From positions 51,616 to 115,615 of the forward strand of contig JAKIVZ010000003.1 in assembly GCA_022750295.1 (NCBI GenBank): a stretch of DNA of 64,000 nucleotides, given 5' to 3'. This DNA comes from Candidatus Lutacidiplasma silvani. Lineage in GTDB: Archaea; Thermoplasmatota; Thermoplasmata; Lutacidiplasmatales; UBA184. Below, in pieces: positions 47,730-56,932 of the stretch. Under the pieces are notes generated by a model that did no database searches, was not told the origin of the DNA, and saw nothing but the letters and a program-made list of their open reading frames with translations. Each line of letters starts with the position of its first letter. The stretch's first letter is position 1. The translations under genes were made by a program, and so were the position numbers.

Positions 47730-47797
47730 CGACGGGACGGAGCCGGCCCGAGGGAAAAGGAGTTCGCGCCGCCGGGGCCCATCGTCCACCCTAAAAC

Positions 47798-47810
47798 TTA
47801 CCTTCGGTAA
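47798..47810. promoter_or_regulatory. Candidate HxlR operator
   Basis: TTACC-TTC-GGTAA palindrome in an AT-rich divergent intergenic region. Confidence 0.45.
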
Positions 47811-47852
47811 TCTGATATTGTTAGATGACGTGATATAGCACAGTAACTATTT

Positions 47853-48365
47853 ATGGCCCGCTCGCCTCTAGCTTCCTCGAGGTTCCCTATGTCGTATCGT
47901 GAATCCGCCCGTCGTGTTCCCCCCTCCGGCGCGCCCGACGGCATGTGCGCCCCGGGCGAGGCGTCGCTCTGCCCCGTCCTGGCCGCCGTCGGCGTGATCG
48001 GCACCGAATGGCGTCTCGCCATCGTGCACCGGCTGCTCGCCGGCCCCCAGCGGTTCAGCGAGCTCCTCCGGTCCAACTCCCGCCTGAACGCGAAGACGCT
48101 CAGCGCGACGCTGAAGTTCCTCGAGAACTCCGGCGTGGTCCAGCGGACGGTCGTGAGCACGCGTCCGTTCTCCGTCGTCTATTCCCTGACGGAGATGGGA
48201 CTCGGGCTCGCCCCCGCGGCCCGCGAGCTCCGGGCGTGGGGCGAGCGCTGGCTCCTCCCGCGCGCGGCCTCGGGACAGCGCCCACCGGTCCCGCGGACTC
48301 CCGCCATCCAGGGCGAACTCCCGCGGATCGTCGTCTCCGACAGCCCGATCCGGCGCGCCTCCTAG
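47853..48365 (+). CDS. HxlR family regulator (start may be 47889 or later)
   Basis: CPVLAAVGVIGTEWRLAIV..L..GPQRFSEL, KTLSATLK.LE, VYSLTEMG. Confidence 0.88.
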   Translation: MARSPLASSRFPMSYRESARRVPPSGAPDGMCAPGEASLCPVLAAVGVIGTEWRLAIVHRLLAGPQRFSELLRSNSRLNAKTLSATLKFLENSGVVQRTVVSTRPFSVVYSLTEMGLGLAPAARELRAWGERWLLPRAASGQRPPVPRTPAIQGELPRIVVSDSPIRRAS

Positions 48366-49171
48366 CCGGACTCCGCCGGGCGAAGCGGTCCCTGACGGGA
48401 CCGTTTCGCCCCCTCCCATCCGCGCTTGAAATACCCGGGAGACGAACTTCTTCCTGCAACCACCCCGGAAGGGTCCCCTTACATCCCCAAGGAGACGGCA
48501 CCGCGTCTCGGGAGTGCGGGGGACCCTTCCAACCCCCCCCTCGTCGGAAGGTCCCTGTCCTGTTCGTTTCTCATCGTACCGTTCCCCGCGAGGCTCGACC
48601 CGAATCGATCCCGCACGCCACTTCCGAGGCCGGCATCGAAGCCCGATTCTCCGCTCCGAGGCGCGACTTCGGCTCGGCGGCACCGTTCAACGTTCGGGCT
48701 CGTGCGAACGAACCACTCCCCCGGAGTGCTCGTCCCGTCCGCACCCCCGAACGAGGATCGACCGGTACCCCGTCGCGAGGCCCCGCTCTCCGCGGCCCAT
48801 CGCCACGTCACCGCTCGCGCCTCCGAATCCCCACGGCCCGCTCGGTCGACGCGACCCCCGTCGCTTCGCCCGACCTGGCCAACGACCGGACCCGACGACC
48901 GGCCGGAGCGAGGGACCGCTCTGACCTCCGCCGCGCGCTGAGCGGGAACGCTACCGGGAGACGGTAGCGGCGTCCCCGGCCGGCGAGTCGTCCGATCCGC
49001 GATCTTCCCGGTGATCCCACCGGACCCGGAACTCCCCGCGTCGCCGCCCGACCCCGGGCGGCGGCCGGACGTCGGGGAGGACCGTCGACCCACCGACCGG
49101 ACGGGCCGTCGCCCCGTCCCCGAGCGCCCCCCGGTCGGTCGTCCGACGGCCGGGGGGCAGGATGGTTTCGA

Positions 49172-49489
49172 ATGTCGTCGTCGCGAAGCGCCGTACGGCG
49201 CCCCCCAGAACCGGTTCGTCTCCCCATCGCCGAACTCGCCCCGTCGTCCGGCCGCGTCCGTCGCCTCGGCCGGATCCGGCTTCCGCTTTCGCTCCGCCAG
49301 CGCCCCTGGGCGACCGCGTACCGGCTCCCCGACGGCCGCACGATCTGGTGCGTGCGCCTCTGCCGGGACGGCGAGGTCGTCCGCTCGGTCGTCTCGACCG
49401 CGACCCTTCGCGCCTACGCCGGGCGCTCCGGCCTCGACGGCCTCGCCGAGGCCGTCGACGCCATCGTCGGAGCGGAGGTCGTCCGGTGA
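49172..49489 (+). CDS. Small hypothetical protein coupled to the VirD4-like ATPase
   Basis: PWATAYRLPDGRTIWCVRL; its TGA overlaps the GTG start of the ATPase. Confidence 0.6.
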   Translation: MSSSRSAVRRPPEPVRLPIAELAPSSGRVRRLGRIRLPLSLRQRPWATAYRLPDGRTIWCVRLCRDGEVVRSVVSTATLRAYAGRSGLDGLAEAVDAIVGAEVVR

Positions 49490-52089
49490 CCGCCGACCGC
49501 CCGACCTCCGCGCTTTGGTTCGAGCCGCGCAGCGACACCTGGTCGGGAGAGTTCCTCGGCCGGCTCGCCTCGCTCGCCTCCGCCGCCCCGTTCGGGACCG
49601 GCTGGCTCGTCGCCCGGCGCACCGGATTTCCCGGTGTGGCCGTGGTCGGCGGCGACCGGGTCGCCCGCGAGGTGGCGGTCGCCGCGGCCGGTCCCTGGCC
49701 CGGCCGGATCGCCACCGTCGGTTCCGCGGTGTTCGGGGTTCCCGACCCGGCGGACCGGTTCGCGGCGCTCGCCCGCCCCGGCTGGGGGTGGCGGTCGCCC
49801 GACCCGGCCGAACCGGCGCCGGGGCCGCGCCCTGTCGAGCCGGTCCGCCCCCGACTCGAGGTCGCGGTCCCGTCGGCCCGCCCGTCCGGTGGGCGGCAGT
49901 GCCATTGGTTCTCGACGGGCACCGGGCGGCTCGCGGTGCGGGTCCGGGTCTGGGCCCGGGACGACCGGTGCTCGCCGTCTGGGTCGCTCGCGCGTCTCGC
50001 CGGCGACGCGCTCGAGACGCTCCGTACCGCGGGAGTGCCGGCCGAGCTCCGCGAGCTCCCGAACACCGCGCGCCGCCGGGACGCGTGGGGGGGTGGCCGC
50101 GTCGGGTCGTTCGCCGCCGGCCCGCTCGAGCGGTTGACCCCGGGGGTGGCGGCCGCGGTCGCGCTCGGGCCCCGTCCGCCGGTCGTCCTCGACGACGTGG
50201 CGGTCGGTCGCCACATCGTCGTGGTCGGGGCGTCCGGGGCGGGGAAGACCTCGCTGCTCGCCGAGGTCGCTGCGAACCGGGTCGAGCGGGGCGCGCCGGT
50301 CGTCGCGTTCGACCTGCACGGCGACCTCGCGCCCGCGATCGCGGCGCGCCTCACGCCCCCGGCGCTCGCCCGCCTCGTCGCCATCGACGCCGGCGGGCCG
50401 CTCGACCGGATCCCCGGCGTCCGGCTCCTCGGCGAGGTCGGCCCGGCCGACGCCGGACCGGCCGCCGCCCACGTGGTCGCCGCGCTGAAGCGGCTCACTT
50501 CCGACTCGGGGGACGTCTACTGGGGGTTCCGGCTCGAACGGACCCTCGACGCGTTCGTCCGGCTCGCCCAGGAGGAGGGCGGTGGCCTCGTCGACGTCTA
50601 CGCGCTCCTCACCGACCCGCGGCGGCGGGACGCCGCCCGGCTGACGACCCGGCAGCCGGCGCTCGCCGCCTTCCTCGACGAACTTCCCGCGCTCCTGCGG
50701 CGGAATGCGGAATACCTGGCCCCCGCGACGGCCCGGGTCGCCAAGGTCGCCCTCGCGCCCCGGATCGCCCGGCTCCTCGACCCGGACGGCCCCGGGCTTC
50801 CCGTCGTCCCGTTGCTGGGCGCGGGGCGCTCGATCGTCTGGCGGATCCCGTTCGCCGACCTCGGCCCGGAGGGGGCGGGGTTCGCCGCGACGCTCCTCGC
50901 CACGCACGTGTACCTCGCGCTCGCCTCGCTCGGGGCGACCGCGGACGGCGCGGTGCGGGCGGCGTTCGTGGTCGACGAGGCGTCGTCGATCTCGCCCCGG
51001 CTCCTCGCGGAGATCCTCGCCGACGGACGGAAGTTCGGGGTGGGGGCGGTCGTGGCGACGCAGTACCCCGGTCGGCTCGCACCGGAGGCCCGGGCCGCCG
51101 CGGAGGGGGCGGCCGGCACCCACGTCGTGTTCCGGGTGCCGGCGCCGGTGGCGGCCGCCACCGCCGAGTGGGCGGGGCTCGACCGGTCGGCCGAGCCGCT
51201 CCTCTCGGCGCTGCCGGACGGGACCGCGGTCGCGGTCCGGTCCGGCGACGGCGGATCCCGCGGCGCGGTCGACGTCCGGGCGGGGAGCGCCGACGGTGGG
51301 GTCGCGTGGGAGTCGGCCCGCGCGGCGAGCGCCGAGGCGTGGGGGGCCCCCGGAGACGATCGGGGGGACGCCGCTCGGACGCTGACCGACGCGGTCGCGT
51401 TCGCGCTCGCCCCCGGGCCGTGCGAGTTCCCGACGTTGGTCGAGCGGACCGGGGCGGCGCTCGGCGCCCCCGTCGATCCGGCGGCCGTCGCGGCGACCGT
51501 CGAGCGGCTCCACCAGCGCGGTTGGGTCGCGGGAGACTCCCGCCACGTCGACCTGACCGACGCCGGGGCCCGGTACCTCGGGGTCGGCGCCCCGACCGGG
51601 GCGACGAGCGAGGGCGCGGAGCACCGGGCGCTCCTCTACGCGACGTTCGCGATCCTCGCCCGCCGCGGGGCCCGTCTCGACCTCGTCCGTCAGGGCGGGT
51701 TCGACCGGCGGCTCCCCGACGGGGTCGTACGGCTCCTGCCTGCGGGGGCGGGGGACCGGTCGCCCGGCGAGCTCGACTTAGCGATCCGGGCGGCCCGCAC
51801 GACGTGGGCGTGGCGGTCGTTCGGCGGTCGGGACGCCGATGTCGAGGCGGAGGTGAGCGGCGCCGTACGGCCGGACCGGATCCGCCGGAACCTGGAGAAG
51901 GCCCGGAGCCGCGGACACTTTGCGCTGTTCGTGGTCGCCGACCCGGCGAAGGCCCGGAAGGTCCGCTCGGTCCTGGCCGCCGAGGGGGTCGGCGTCCGCG
52001 ACGCTCAGGTCTGGACGGTGTCGCGCGCCCGGATCGCGGGCGGGTCGTCGACGGCCGCGTCCCGGGGGGAACGCGGGGCCGGCCCGTGA
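49486..52089 (+). CDS. VirD4/TraD/HerA-like ATPase with C-terminal wHTH and putative PD-(D/E)xK nuclease domain
   Basis: Walker A GASGAGKT, FDLHGDL, YWGFRLE, Walker B FVVDEA, GRKFGV..VVATQ; C-terminal EHR...LPDG...VEAE...IRRNLEKA. Confidence 0.82.
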   Translation: MTADRPTSALWFEPRSDTWSGEFLGRLASLASAAPFGTGWLVARRTGFPGVAVVGGDRVAREVAVAAAGPWPGRIATVGSAVFGVPDPADRFAALARPGWGWRSPDPAEPAPGPRPVEPVRPRLEVAVPSARPSGGRQCHWFSTGTGRLAVRVRVWARDDRCSPSGSLARLAGDALETLRTAGVPAELRELPNTARRRDAWGGGRVGSFAAGPLERLTPGVAAAVALGPRPPVVLDDVAVGRHIVVVGASGAGKTSLLAEVAANRVERGAPVVAFDLHGDLAPAIAARLTPPALARLVAIDAGGPLDRIPGVRLLGEVGPADAGPAAAHVVAALKRLTSDSGDVYWGFRLERTLDAFVRLAQEEGGGLVDVYALLTDPRRRDAARLTTRQPALAAFLDELPALLRRNAEYLAPATARVAKVALAPRIARLLDPDGPGLPVVPLLGAGRSIVWRIPFADLGPEGAGFAATLLATHVYLALASLGATADGAVRAAFVVDEASSISPRLLAEILADGRKFGVGAVVATQYPGRLAPEARAAAEGAAGTHVVFRVPAPVAAATAEWAGLDRSAEPLLSALPDGTAVAVRSGDGGSRGAVDVRAGSADGGVAWESARAASAEAWGAPGDDRGDAARTLTDAVAFALAPGPCEFPTLVERTGAALGAPVDPAAVAATVERLHQRGWVAGDSRHVDLTDAGARYLGVGAPTGATSEGAEHRALLYATFAILARRGARLDLVRQGGFDRRLPDGVVRLLPAGAGDRSPGELDLAIRAARTTWAWRSFGGRDADVEAEVSGAVRPDRIRRNLEKARSRGHFALFVVADPAKARKVRSVLAAEGVGVRDAQVWTVSRARIAGGSSTAASRGERGAGP

Positions 52090-52637
52090 GCCGCCGACGT
52101 CGCCCGTTCGGCGGTCGCCCGGTGCCGGAGCTCCTCGCCGACCGCCTGGCTCAGGTAGGCGAGGCCGGCGTCGTTCAGCCGGTCGAGGTGGAGGAGGAGG
52201 TAGTGGAGGTAGATCCGTTCCGGACGGTGCGACGGGCCCGGGGACCGACCGGGGGGCGCGGAAGCGCGGGCCGGATCCGGAGCGACGGTCGCGAGCGTTT
52301 CGGCGTGGTGCTCCGCCTCGGACCCGTGGAGCGCCCGTCCGGTCGCCCCGACGAGGGGAGGATAGACGTGGCCGACCGGGTCGACCGGTTCCTCCGGGGC
52401 TATCTCGGCGGCGCGCGCGGCCGCCGCCGCGGCGGCGTCGAGCCGCCACTGCATGTACGGGTGGGTCGGCCGGTTCGGGTCCTGGAACTCGGCGATCGGC
52501 CGTCCGCCGACGTCCTCGACGATCGACTTCAGGCTCCAGCTATCGCGCCGGCGGCCCGGGCCGTCCGGGGTGGCGACCGGCTCCGCGGACACGAGGGGGG
52601 CGAGCCCCGAGCCCGACTCATAAACGTGGTGTTCCAT
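52005..52637 (-). CDS. Hypothetical protein, last gene of the T4SS-like operon
   Basis: From MEHHVY; PERIYLHYLLLHLDRL; overlaps the VirB4 3' end. Confidence 0.6.
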   Translation of the reverse strand: MEHHVYESGSGLAPLVSAEPVATPDGPGRRRDSWSLKSIVEDVGGRPIAEFQDPNRPTHPYMQWRLDAAAAAAARAAEIAPEEPVDPVGHVYPPLVGATGRALHGSEAEHHAETLATVAPDPARASAPPGRSPGPSHRPERIYLHYLLLHLDRLNDAGLAYLSQAVGEELRHRATAERATSAAHGPAPRSPRDAAVDDPPAIRARDTVQT

Positions 52638-54285
52638 CGGGCGGGTCGTCGGCGTCCGGGGCCCGCCGGATGGCCCTACCAAGGAGCTCGAACTCCGGGG
52701 TCGACGCGACCACGGCGACGGGAAGGTGCGACGGCCCGAACCGCAGGAGCCCCTCCGAGTACCCCGCCTCGCGGGGGAGCCGGCACTGCGGGAGCCACGC
52801 CGCCTCCGCGTCGGTGAGGGCGAAGAACCGCCGGGTGGCGTCGGAGACCTCCGCGAGATGCAGGAGGAGGGTCGCCCGGAGGTTCCGAACCAGCGACCGG
52901 CCCCCCTCGGTCGAGAGGAAGTCGTCCGGGTTCTGGCTGAGGACGAGGACGCCGGTCCGGTAGTGCCGGACGTGCCGGACGAGCCGGTCGAGGAACTCGG
53001 CGGTCCGCGGGTCGCGGGCGAGGAGGTGGGCCTCGTCGATCACGAGCAGCTTCGGCCGGTCGTCGCGCCGGATCCGGCCGTAGATCGCGTCGAGGACGAC
53101 CGCGAGGTGGAACGCCCGCTGCTCGGTCGGCACCGCGTGGAGGTCGAGGACGAGCGACCCCGGGGGCGGCGGGGCCGCGGCGCTCGAGTCGAGGTACGCG
53201 AGCGAGCCGGAGACGAACACCTCGAGGAGGCCGGGGAGTCGGCCGGGGGCGTCGGAGCTCCGGACGATCGCGGCGAGCTTGGCGAACGTCGGGGTCGCGG
53301 CACCGGCGAAGAGCCGGGCGACCGACGCGTCGAGGAGCGCGACCTCCTCGTCGGCGAGCGACGGGAACGCGGCCCGGAGTGCGGTGACGACCCGCGACGC
53401 CTTCTCCGCCACGTCGCCGCCCGTCGACCCCGGGTCGAGCGGGTGGAACCGGGACGGCGCCCCCGGCCCGACGCCGACGACCGTCGCCCCGAGCGGACCG
53501 GCGAGCCCCGCGAACTCCCCGAGCGGGTCGACGACGTACACCTCGAGACCGTCGGTCATCCACCGGGTGCGCAGCGCGAGGAGCCCCGCGGCGAACGACT
53601 TTCCGGACCCGGTCGCGCCGAAGATCCCCCAGGAGTACGACCCGTGCCGCCACCGGTCGAGGAACACGGGGGCCGCGTCGTCGAGGAGGAGGCCGACCAG
53701 GACGCCGCCGGGCTCGGCGACCGCCTCGTCGACGAACGGAAAGAACGCGGCGACGGCGTCGGTGGGGAGGGTCTGCCAGTACCCCATCGGCCGCGGCTCG
53801 CTCCCGTCGAGGGCCGGCGGCGCCGCGGCCGCGGCGGTCTGGTAGTGCGGGATCGAGGCTCCGAACCCGAGCGCCGCGAGCCGTCGGACGAGCTCGGCCC
53901 GCTCCCGCTCGAGCGCGGCCGGGCGGCCGGCGGTCGCGTGGAACGAGACGCCGACGCGGAACAGGTGCTGCTCGTTCGCCGCGAGGCGGCGCTCGAGGTC
54001 GTGGGCGCTTTCGGCCTCGAGCTCGATCTCGGCGACCTCGCGGGTCGCGCCGGAGGCGATCTCCGCCTCGGCGACCGCGGCCGCCGACCGGACCATGTCG
54101 ACCGCCCGGTCCCGCGCGATCCGGTAGAGCTGCATCCGGAACTCGAACGCCCGGCTCGTCGGCAGGACCCGCGAGAGGAATCCGAACGGCACCGCCTTGG
54201 GGAGCCGACGGACGAGGACGGGACCGTCGAGACGCCCGCGCCGGACCACGAACTGGGGGGCCTCGTGGTCGGGGGGTTCGCTCAT
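52618..54285 (-). CDS. virB4: VirB4/TraC-like ATPase
   Basis: AAFFPF, PVFLDRW, Walker A GATGSGKS, VVDPLGEF, Walker B LLVIDEAH, RHVRHY..VLVLSQ.P.DF. Confidence 0.88.
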   Translation of the reverse strand: MSEPPDHEAPQFVVRRGRLDGPVLVRRLPKAVPFGFLSRVLPTSRAFEFRMQLYRIARDRAVDMVRSAAAVAEAEIASGATREVAEIELEAESAHDLERRLAANEQHLFRVGVSFHATAGRPAALERERAELVRRLAALGFGASIPHYQTAAAAAPPALDGSEPRPMGYWQTLPTDAVAAFFPFVDEAVAEPGGVLVGLLLDDAAPVFLDRWRHGSYSWGIFGATGSGKSFAAGLLALRTRWMTDGLEVYVVDPLGEFAGLAGPLGATVVGVGPGAPSRFHPLDPGSTGGDVAEKASRVVTALRAAFPSLADEEVALLDASVARLFAGAATPTFAKLAAIVRSSDAPGRLPGLLEVFVSGSLAYLDSSAAAPPPPGSLVLDLHAVPTEQRAFHLAVVLDAIYGRIRRDDRPKLLVIDEAHLLARDPRTAEFLDRLVRHVRHYRTGVLVLSQNPDDFLSTEGGRSLVRNLRATLLLHLAEVSDATRRFFALTDAEAAWLPQCRLPREAGYSEGLLRFGPSHLPVAVVASTPEFELLGRAIRRAPDADDPPDGTPRL

Positions 54286-54635
54286 CGGTCGCCCTCCCCG
54301 AACGGGGGGACCGTCCGGGTCGTCCACGCGAGCGCGAACGTCGTCGCCCCGAGCAGCGCCCCCCGCACCCCGTCCCACGGGGGGCCGGCGAGGAGCGCGA
54401 ACGCGCCGGCGACCCCGACCGACCCCGCCACGGCCCAGTTGGTCGCGGCCCGACGGCCGCCGCGCGGGGAGACCCGGGACGCCCACGCGACGAGCGAGAT
54501 CGCGGCGAGCGCCCCGGTCAGCCCAACGAAGTACGGCTCGACCAGCGACGCGGTCCCCGCGAGCGCCGCGAACCCGCCCGACGCCCGGAGCGGGTCGATC
54601 CCCGTCGGGGCGCGGAGGAGGTCCGCGAACTTCAT
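54282..54635 (-). CDS. Small membrane protein in the T4SS-like operon
   Basis: From MKFADLL; 3-4 hydrophobic helices; ATGA overlaps on both sides. Confidence 0.65.
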   Translation of the reverse strand: MKFADLLRAPTGIDPLRASGGFAALAGTASLVEPYFVGLTGALAAISLVAWASRVSPRGGRRAATNWAVAGSVGVAGAFALLAGPPWDGVRGALLGATTFALAWTTRTVPPFGEGDR

Positions 54636-55408
54636 GCCGACCCCGGGGGCCGGAGATCGAGCCGGTCGAGCTCGGACCGGAGGTCGGACCCGGTCAGGCG
54701 GTCGGCGGCGACACCGAACGTACGGAGCGCTTCGAGCGTCGCGGCGAGCCGCACCTCGAGCCGGGCGGCGCCGGCCGGGTCGGCCGGCTCCCACAGGACG
54801 AGCGCGACGCGACGGACCCTCCGACGGCGGAGCAGGAGCTGGACGACGTCGGAGTACCCCGCGCGGGCGAGGGATTCGGCGGGCCCGCTCGCCGGGGGAG
54901 CGACCGGCCGGAACGGCCCCGGGTCGACCGATTCGGCCCGGGCGACGAGGTAGAGGGGGCCGTCCAACGCCGCGAGCCACCGTCGGGCCAGCTCGAACAG
55001 CGCCCGCGCGTCGGCCGGTGGCAGGTACTGGACCGGAACGCCCCCGGTCCGGACGACGGCCGCCACGCGGGCCCCCACGACCCGCATCGTACGGGCCCCG
55101 GCCCGGGTCGGACGTCCGGCCCCGCGCCCGCCCGGCCGGCGGGTGCGGCGCCGCCAGCGCCACCCGAGGTAGCCCGTGACCCGTTCGTCGAGCGACCGGC
55201 CGTCCCGTCGGTGGACGGCGACGACGAAGCCGAGGGCCGCGAACGGAACGATCGCGACCGGGCCCGCGAGCGGCATCGCGACGAGCCCGGCGGCCGCGAA
55301 GCCCGCGAACTTGAGCGCGTCCCGGGCCGACGGGAACGGACCGAGATGGAGCCGCCGGTCGACCGGTCGCGGGATCGCGACGGTCCAACTCTCGCTCTCC
55401 TCCGGCAT
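54632..55408 (-). CDS. PrgI/VirB3-like membrane protein
   Basis: IPRPVDRRLHLGPF, two TM helices, DGRSLDE; position upstream of VirB4. Confidence 0.65.
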   Translation of the reverse strand: MPEESESWTVAIPRPVDRRLHLGPFPSARDALKFAGFAAAGLVAMPLAGPVAIVPFAALGFVVAVHRRDGRSLDERVTGYLGWRWRRRTRRPGGRGAGRPTRAGARTMRVVGARVAAVVRTGGVPVQYLPPADARALFELARRWLAALDGPLYLVARAESVDPGPFRPVAPPASGPAESLARAGYSDVVQLLLRRRRVRRVALVLWEPADPAGAARLEVRLAATLEALRTFGVAADRLTGSDLRSELDRLDLRPPGSA

Positions 55409-55412
55409 CGGT

Positions 55413-56555
55413 TCACCACTGGTCCGTGAGCGGCAGGGGCTTCGGACCGTCGACCCCCGGGAACTTCCGGGCGGCGGCGGCGAGCCGGGACCCCTTCAGG
55501 TGACCGAACATCGCCTCGGCGCCCCGCCCGAGCCCCTCGGCGGCGAGGAGCGGGGCGGCGAACGGGATCGGGGCGCGCGCCACCGTGGCGCTCACCCCCT
55601 GGACGGCCCGGGCGGTGCCGGCGGAGCGGCCCGACGCCGCGAGCGGTCGGACGATCGACGTCGCGCCGGCCGAGACGGCGGCGAGTCCCCGCTCGACCCC
55701 GCCCGTCAGCGCCGACCCGGCCGACGGGAATCCGATCCGGCCCAGCTGGACCCCCGCGACGTTCAGCAGCGACGGGGCCCCGAGGGCGATCGTGAGGTAC
55801 GCGACGAGGAGGAGGATCGAGGGGGCGCCGACCGCGAGCTCGAGCGGGACGACGACGACGACCGGGAGGAACGCGAGTTCGCCGAACAGAAGCCACGACC
55901 GCCGCGCGAGCGGGGCGAGCACGGGGATCGGCGCGAGGAGGCTGAACGCGGGAAGGAGGACGAGGAGCACGGCGAGCATCGCATCCCGGGCGGCAACGGC
56001 GATCGCGAGGAGGAGCACGAGCGAGAACAGCACGAACGAGAGGACGAACGCGAGGAGGCCGTTGTCCCAGTAGTACCGGAGCCCGGCGACGCCGGTCAGG
56101 TTCACCCACGACTGCCAGGCGCCGCCGTCGAAGCCGGCCACGACCGGGTACACCGCCCCCGCGAGGTCGAGGATCGCCGCGGCGACGGGGAGCGTCACGT
56201 TCGCGAGGACGATCGAGACGACGAGCCGGGGGAGGAGCGACTCGAGCCGGACCCGGGTGGGCGCGGTGACGGCCCGGGCCAGGTAGACCGCGCCGACCGC
56301 GAGGACGACGAGGGCGACCGCCGGGTCGACGACGTTCGCGACGAGGAACTCGGAGAACCGGGCGGCGAGGGCCAGGAACGACGACGAACTCCCCGCCCCC
56401 GGTCCGAGCAGGATGGGGTACGCGGCGCCGGGAAGGAGTTCGGGGACGAGGAGGTCGTTGTATGTCGGCAGGGTCACCGCCCACAGGACCCCGGTCAGGA
56501 CCGCGAACAAGGCGAACACCACGGCCTGGACGACCGACGAGACCGACGCGCCCAT
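55413..56555 (-). CDS. VirB6/TrbL/CedA-like polytopic membrane protein
   Basis: About 7 TM; RLVVSIVLAN; ARDAMLAVLLVLLPAFSLL; Gly/Ala-rich C-terminal tail. Confidence 0.72.
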   Translation of the reverse strand: MGASVSSVVQAVVFALFAVLTGVLWAVTLPTYNDLLVPELLPGAAYPILLGPGAGSSSSFLALAARFSEFLVANVVDPAVALVVLAVGAVYLARAVTAPTRVRLESLLPRLVVSIVLANVTLPVAAAILDLAGAVYPVVAGFDGGAWQSWVNLTGVAGLRYYWDNGLLAFVLSFVLFSLVLLLAIAVAARDAMLAVLLVLLPAFSLLAPIPVLAPLARRSWLLFGELAFLPVVVVVPLELAVGAPSILLLVAYLTIALGAPSLLNVAGVQLGRIGFPSAGSALTGGVERGLAAVSAGATSIVRPLAASGRSAGTARAVQGVSATVARAPIPFAAPLLAAEGLGRGAEAMFGHLKGSRLAAAARKFPGVDGPKPLPLTDQW

Positions 56556-56563
56556 CGGGCCTC

Positions 56564-56932
56564 CTAGCCGCCGGTGAGGACCCACTGGGCGAGGCCCCAG
56601 ATCAGTCCGGAGAGGGCGGCGGCGAACAGGAGCGTGCCCACGAGCGCGTCGCGGGCCCGGTCCTTCGCCTGGATCTTCTTCGTGACGTCGTTCGAGAACC
56701 ACGAGAGCGCGACGCGGGCCCACACGATCGCGAGGAGGCCGCCGCCGGAGAGCCCGAGGAGGACGACGATCCGGTGGACGACCTGGGAGAAGTTCGCGAC
56801 CGCGGAGTTGTTCGTGACCGCCGAACGGACGGTCGAGTGGGGACTTCCGACCGGGGTCGGGGGAGCGGCCGCGCCGGCGAACCCGGCGACGAGGACGACG
56901 GCGGCGAGGACCCCCGCGACGGCCGCGTTCAT
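56564..56932 (-). CDS. VirB2/TrbC-like conjugative pilin
   Basis: Signal peptide then two hydrophobic helices separated by a charged loop (WFSNDVTKKIQAKDRARDALVG). Confidence 0.72.
   Translation of the reverse strand: MNAAVAGVLAAVVLVAGFAGAAAPPTPVGSPHSTVRSAVTNNSAVANFSQVVHRIVVLLGLSGGGLLAIVWARVALSWFSNDVTKKIQAKDRARDALVGTLLFAAALSGLIWGLAQWVLTGG

Noticed and set aside
48426-48941. 171-aa ORF in the gap before the ATPase
   Set aside because: TTG start, Pro/Arg/Ser-rich and no motif; more likely non-coding.
49162-49485. N-terminal extension of the 975-aa ATPase ORF
   Set aside because: Arg-rich shadow of the overlapping small gene 49172-49489; the GTGA overlap at 49486 is the better start.
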